Below, piece after piece: positions 32,213-32,298 of a stretch of 32,298 nt of DNA (the stretch's first letter is position 1; each line of letters starts with the position of its first letter). Where the stretch lies: NCBI GenBank assembly GCA_001786805.1, contig MFTJ01000009.1, positions 13,263 through 45,560 of the forward strand. The letters run 5' to 3'. The notes under the pieces are model-generated. The model ran no database searches and had not been told where the DNA came from. It saw only the letters and a program-made list of their open reading frames with translations. This stretch comes from Candidatus Nomurabacteria bacterium RIFCSPHIGHO2_01_FULL_39_10. Its GTDB lineage: Bacteria; Patescibacteriota; Minisyncoccia; Phycocordibacterales; UBA9973. The translations under genes and the position numbers were made by a program.

Positions 32213-32298
32213 AAAATTTGCTAATACCGTCAATATGATCGGTTTTAGCATTTTGATATTACTGATGGTTGTCGTTACATTTCATGATGTGGTGAAAT
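32109..32298. repeat. terminal fold-back: two perfect 86-bp inverted arms around an 18-nt centre, ending exactly at the window end
   Basis: 32109-32194 is the exact reverse complement of 32213-32298. The centre 32195-32212 (GGGTTCAGACGCGAGCCT) is not palindromic. Confidence 0.95.

Noticed and set aside
32109-32298. The terminal fold-back interpreted as a covalently closed hairpin telomere of a linear replicon
   Set aside because: Sequencing through a hairpin telomere should give symmetry right up to a tiny tip. Here the centre is an 18-nt asymmetric segment and the repeat cuts a chromosomal ORF mid-gene. An artefactual inverted chimera fits better.
1-32298. Alternative genetic code (UGA recoding, as in some CPR lineages), plus a scan for CRISPR arrays, transposases, integrases, rRNA genes and canonical defense systems
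   Set aside because: All long ORFs are intact under the standard code, and TGA terminates two well-supported genes (stops at 8927 and 28817). No array-like direct repeats, IS-type ORFs, rRNA segments or defense-gene signatures were seen on either strand.

Overview
AT-rich, gene-dense chromosomal segment from a streamlined bacterium. Gene content and the shortened housekeeping proteins fit a CPR/Patescibacteria (Parcubacteria-like) genome, but that placement is inference. The standard code applies, since TGA serves as a stop at 8927 and 28817. I can support 29 protein-coding features (one truncated at each window edge; rpmG and the two edge ORFs are missing from the ORF track) and 3 tRNAs (Gln-UUG, Leu-CAA, Trp-CCA). 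The genes are mostly core functions: purL, GNAT, xfp, pta, glmS, yvcK, HAD, a membrane protein, an ArsR-type HTH, dnaX, dus, ftsQ-like, serS, dprA, topA, a RelA/SpoT homolog, parB, an HTH-MurA fusion, miaA, an aldehyde dehydrogenase, an acetolactate-synthase-family enzyme, rpmG, alr, a tandem double Ddl and an M24 peptidase. I see no CRISPR array, transposase, integrase, phage genes, or recognisable defense or toxin-antitoxin system, so this is not an obvious accessory island. The most unusual signal is at a smaller scale. Several families of short GC-rich palindromic/hairpin repeats stand out against the AT-rich background, and many copies lie in frame inside conserved housekeeping genes (dnaX, dus x2, topA, miaA x2, parB, possibly purL and the membrane protein). 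This resembles Rickettsia palindromic elements. The topA copy is a perfect 44-bp palindrome that encodes the same peptide on both strands. Other points worth follow-up are: an XRE-HTH::MurA fusion preceded by two palindromes; an 836-aa (806 aa from the preferred ATG) tandem D-Ala-D-Ala ligase next to alr; a tight glmS-pta-xfp-GNAT cluster divergent from yvcK; an ArsR-type gene bracketed by two copies of one palindrome; a 21-bp inverted repeat filling the ftsQ-dus spacer; and an 86-bp perfect fold-back at the right window end that is probably an assembly or amplification artefact.
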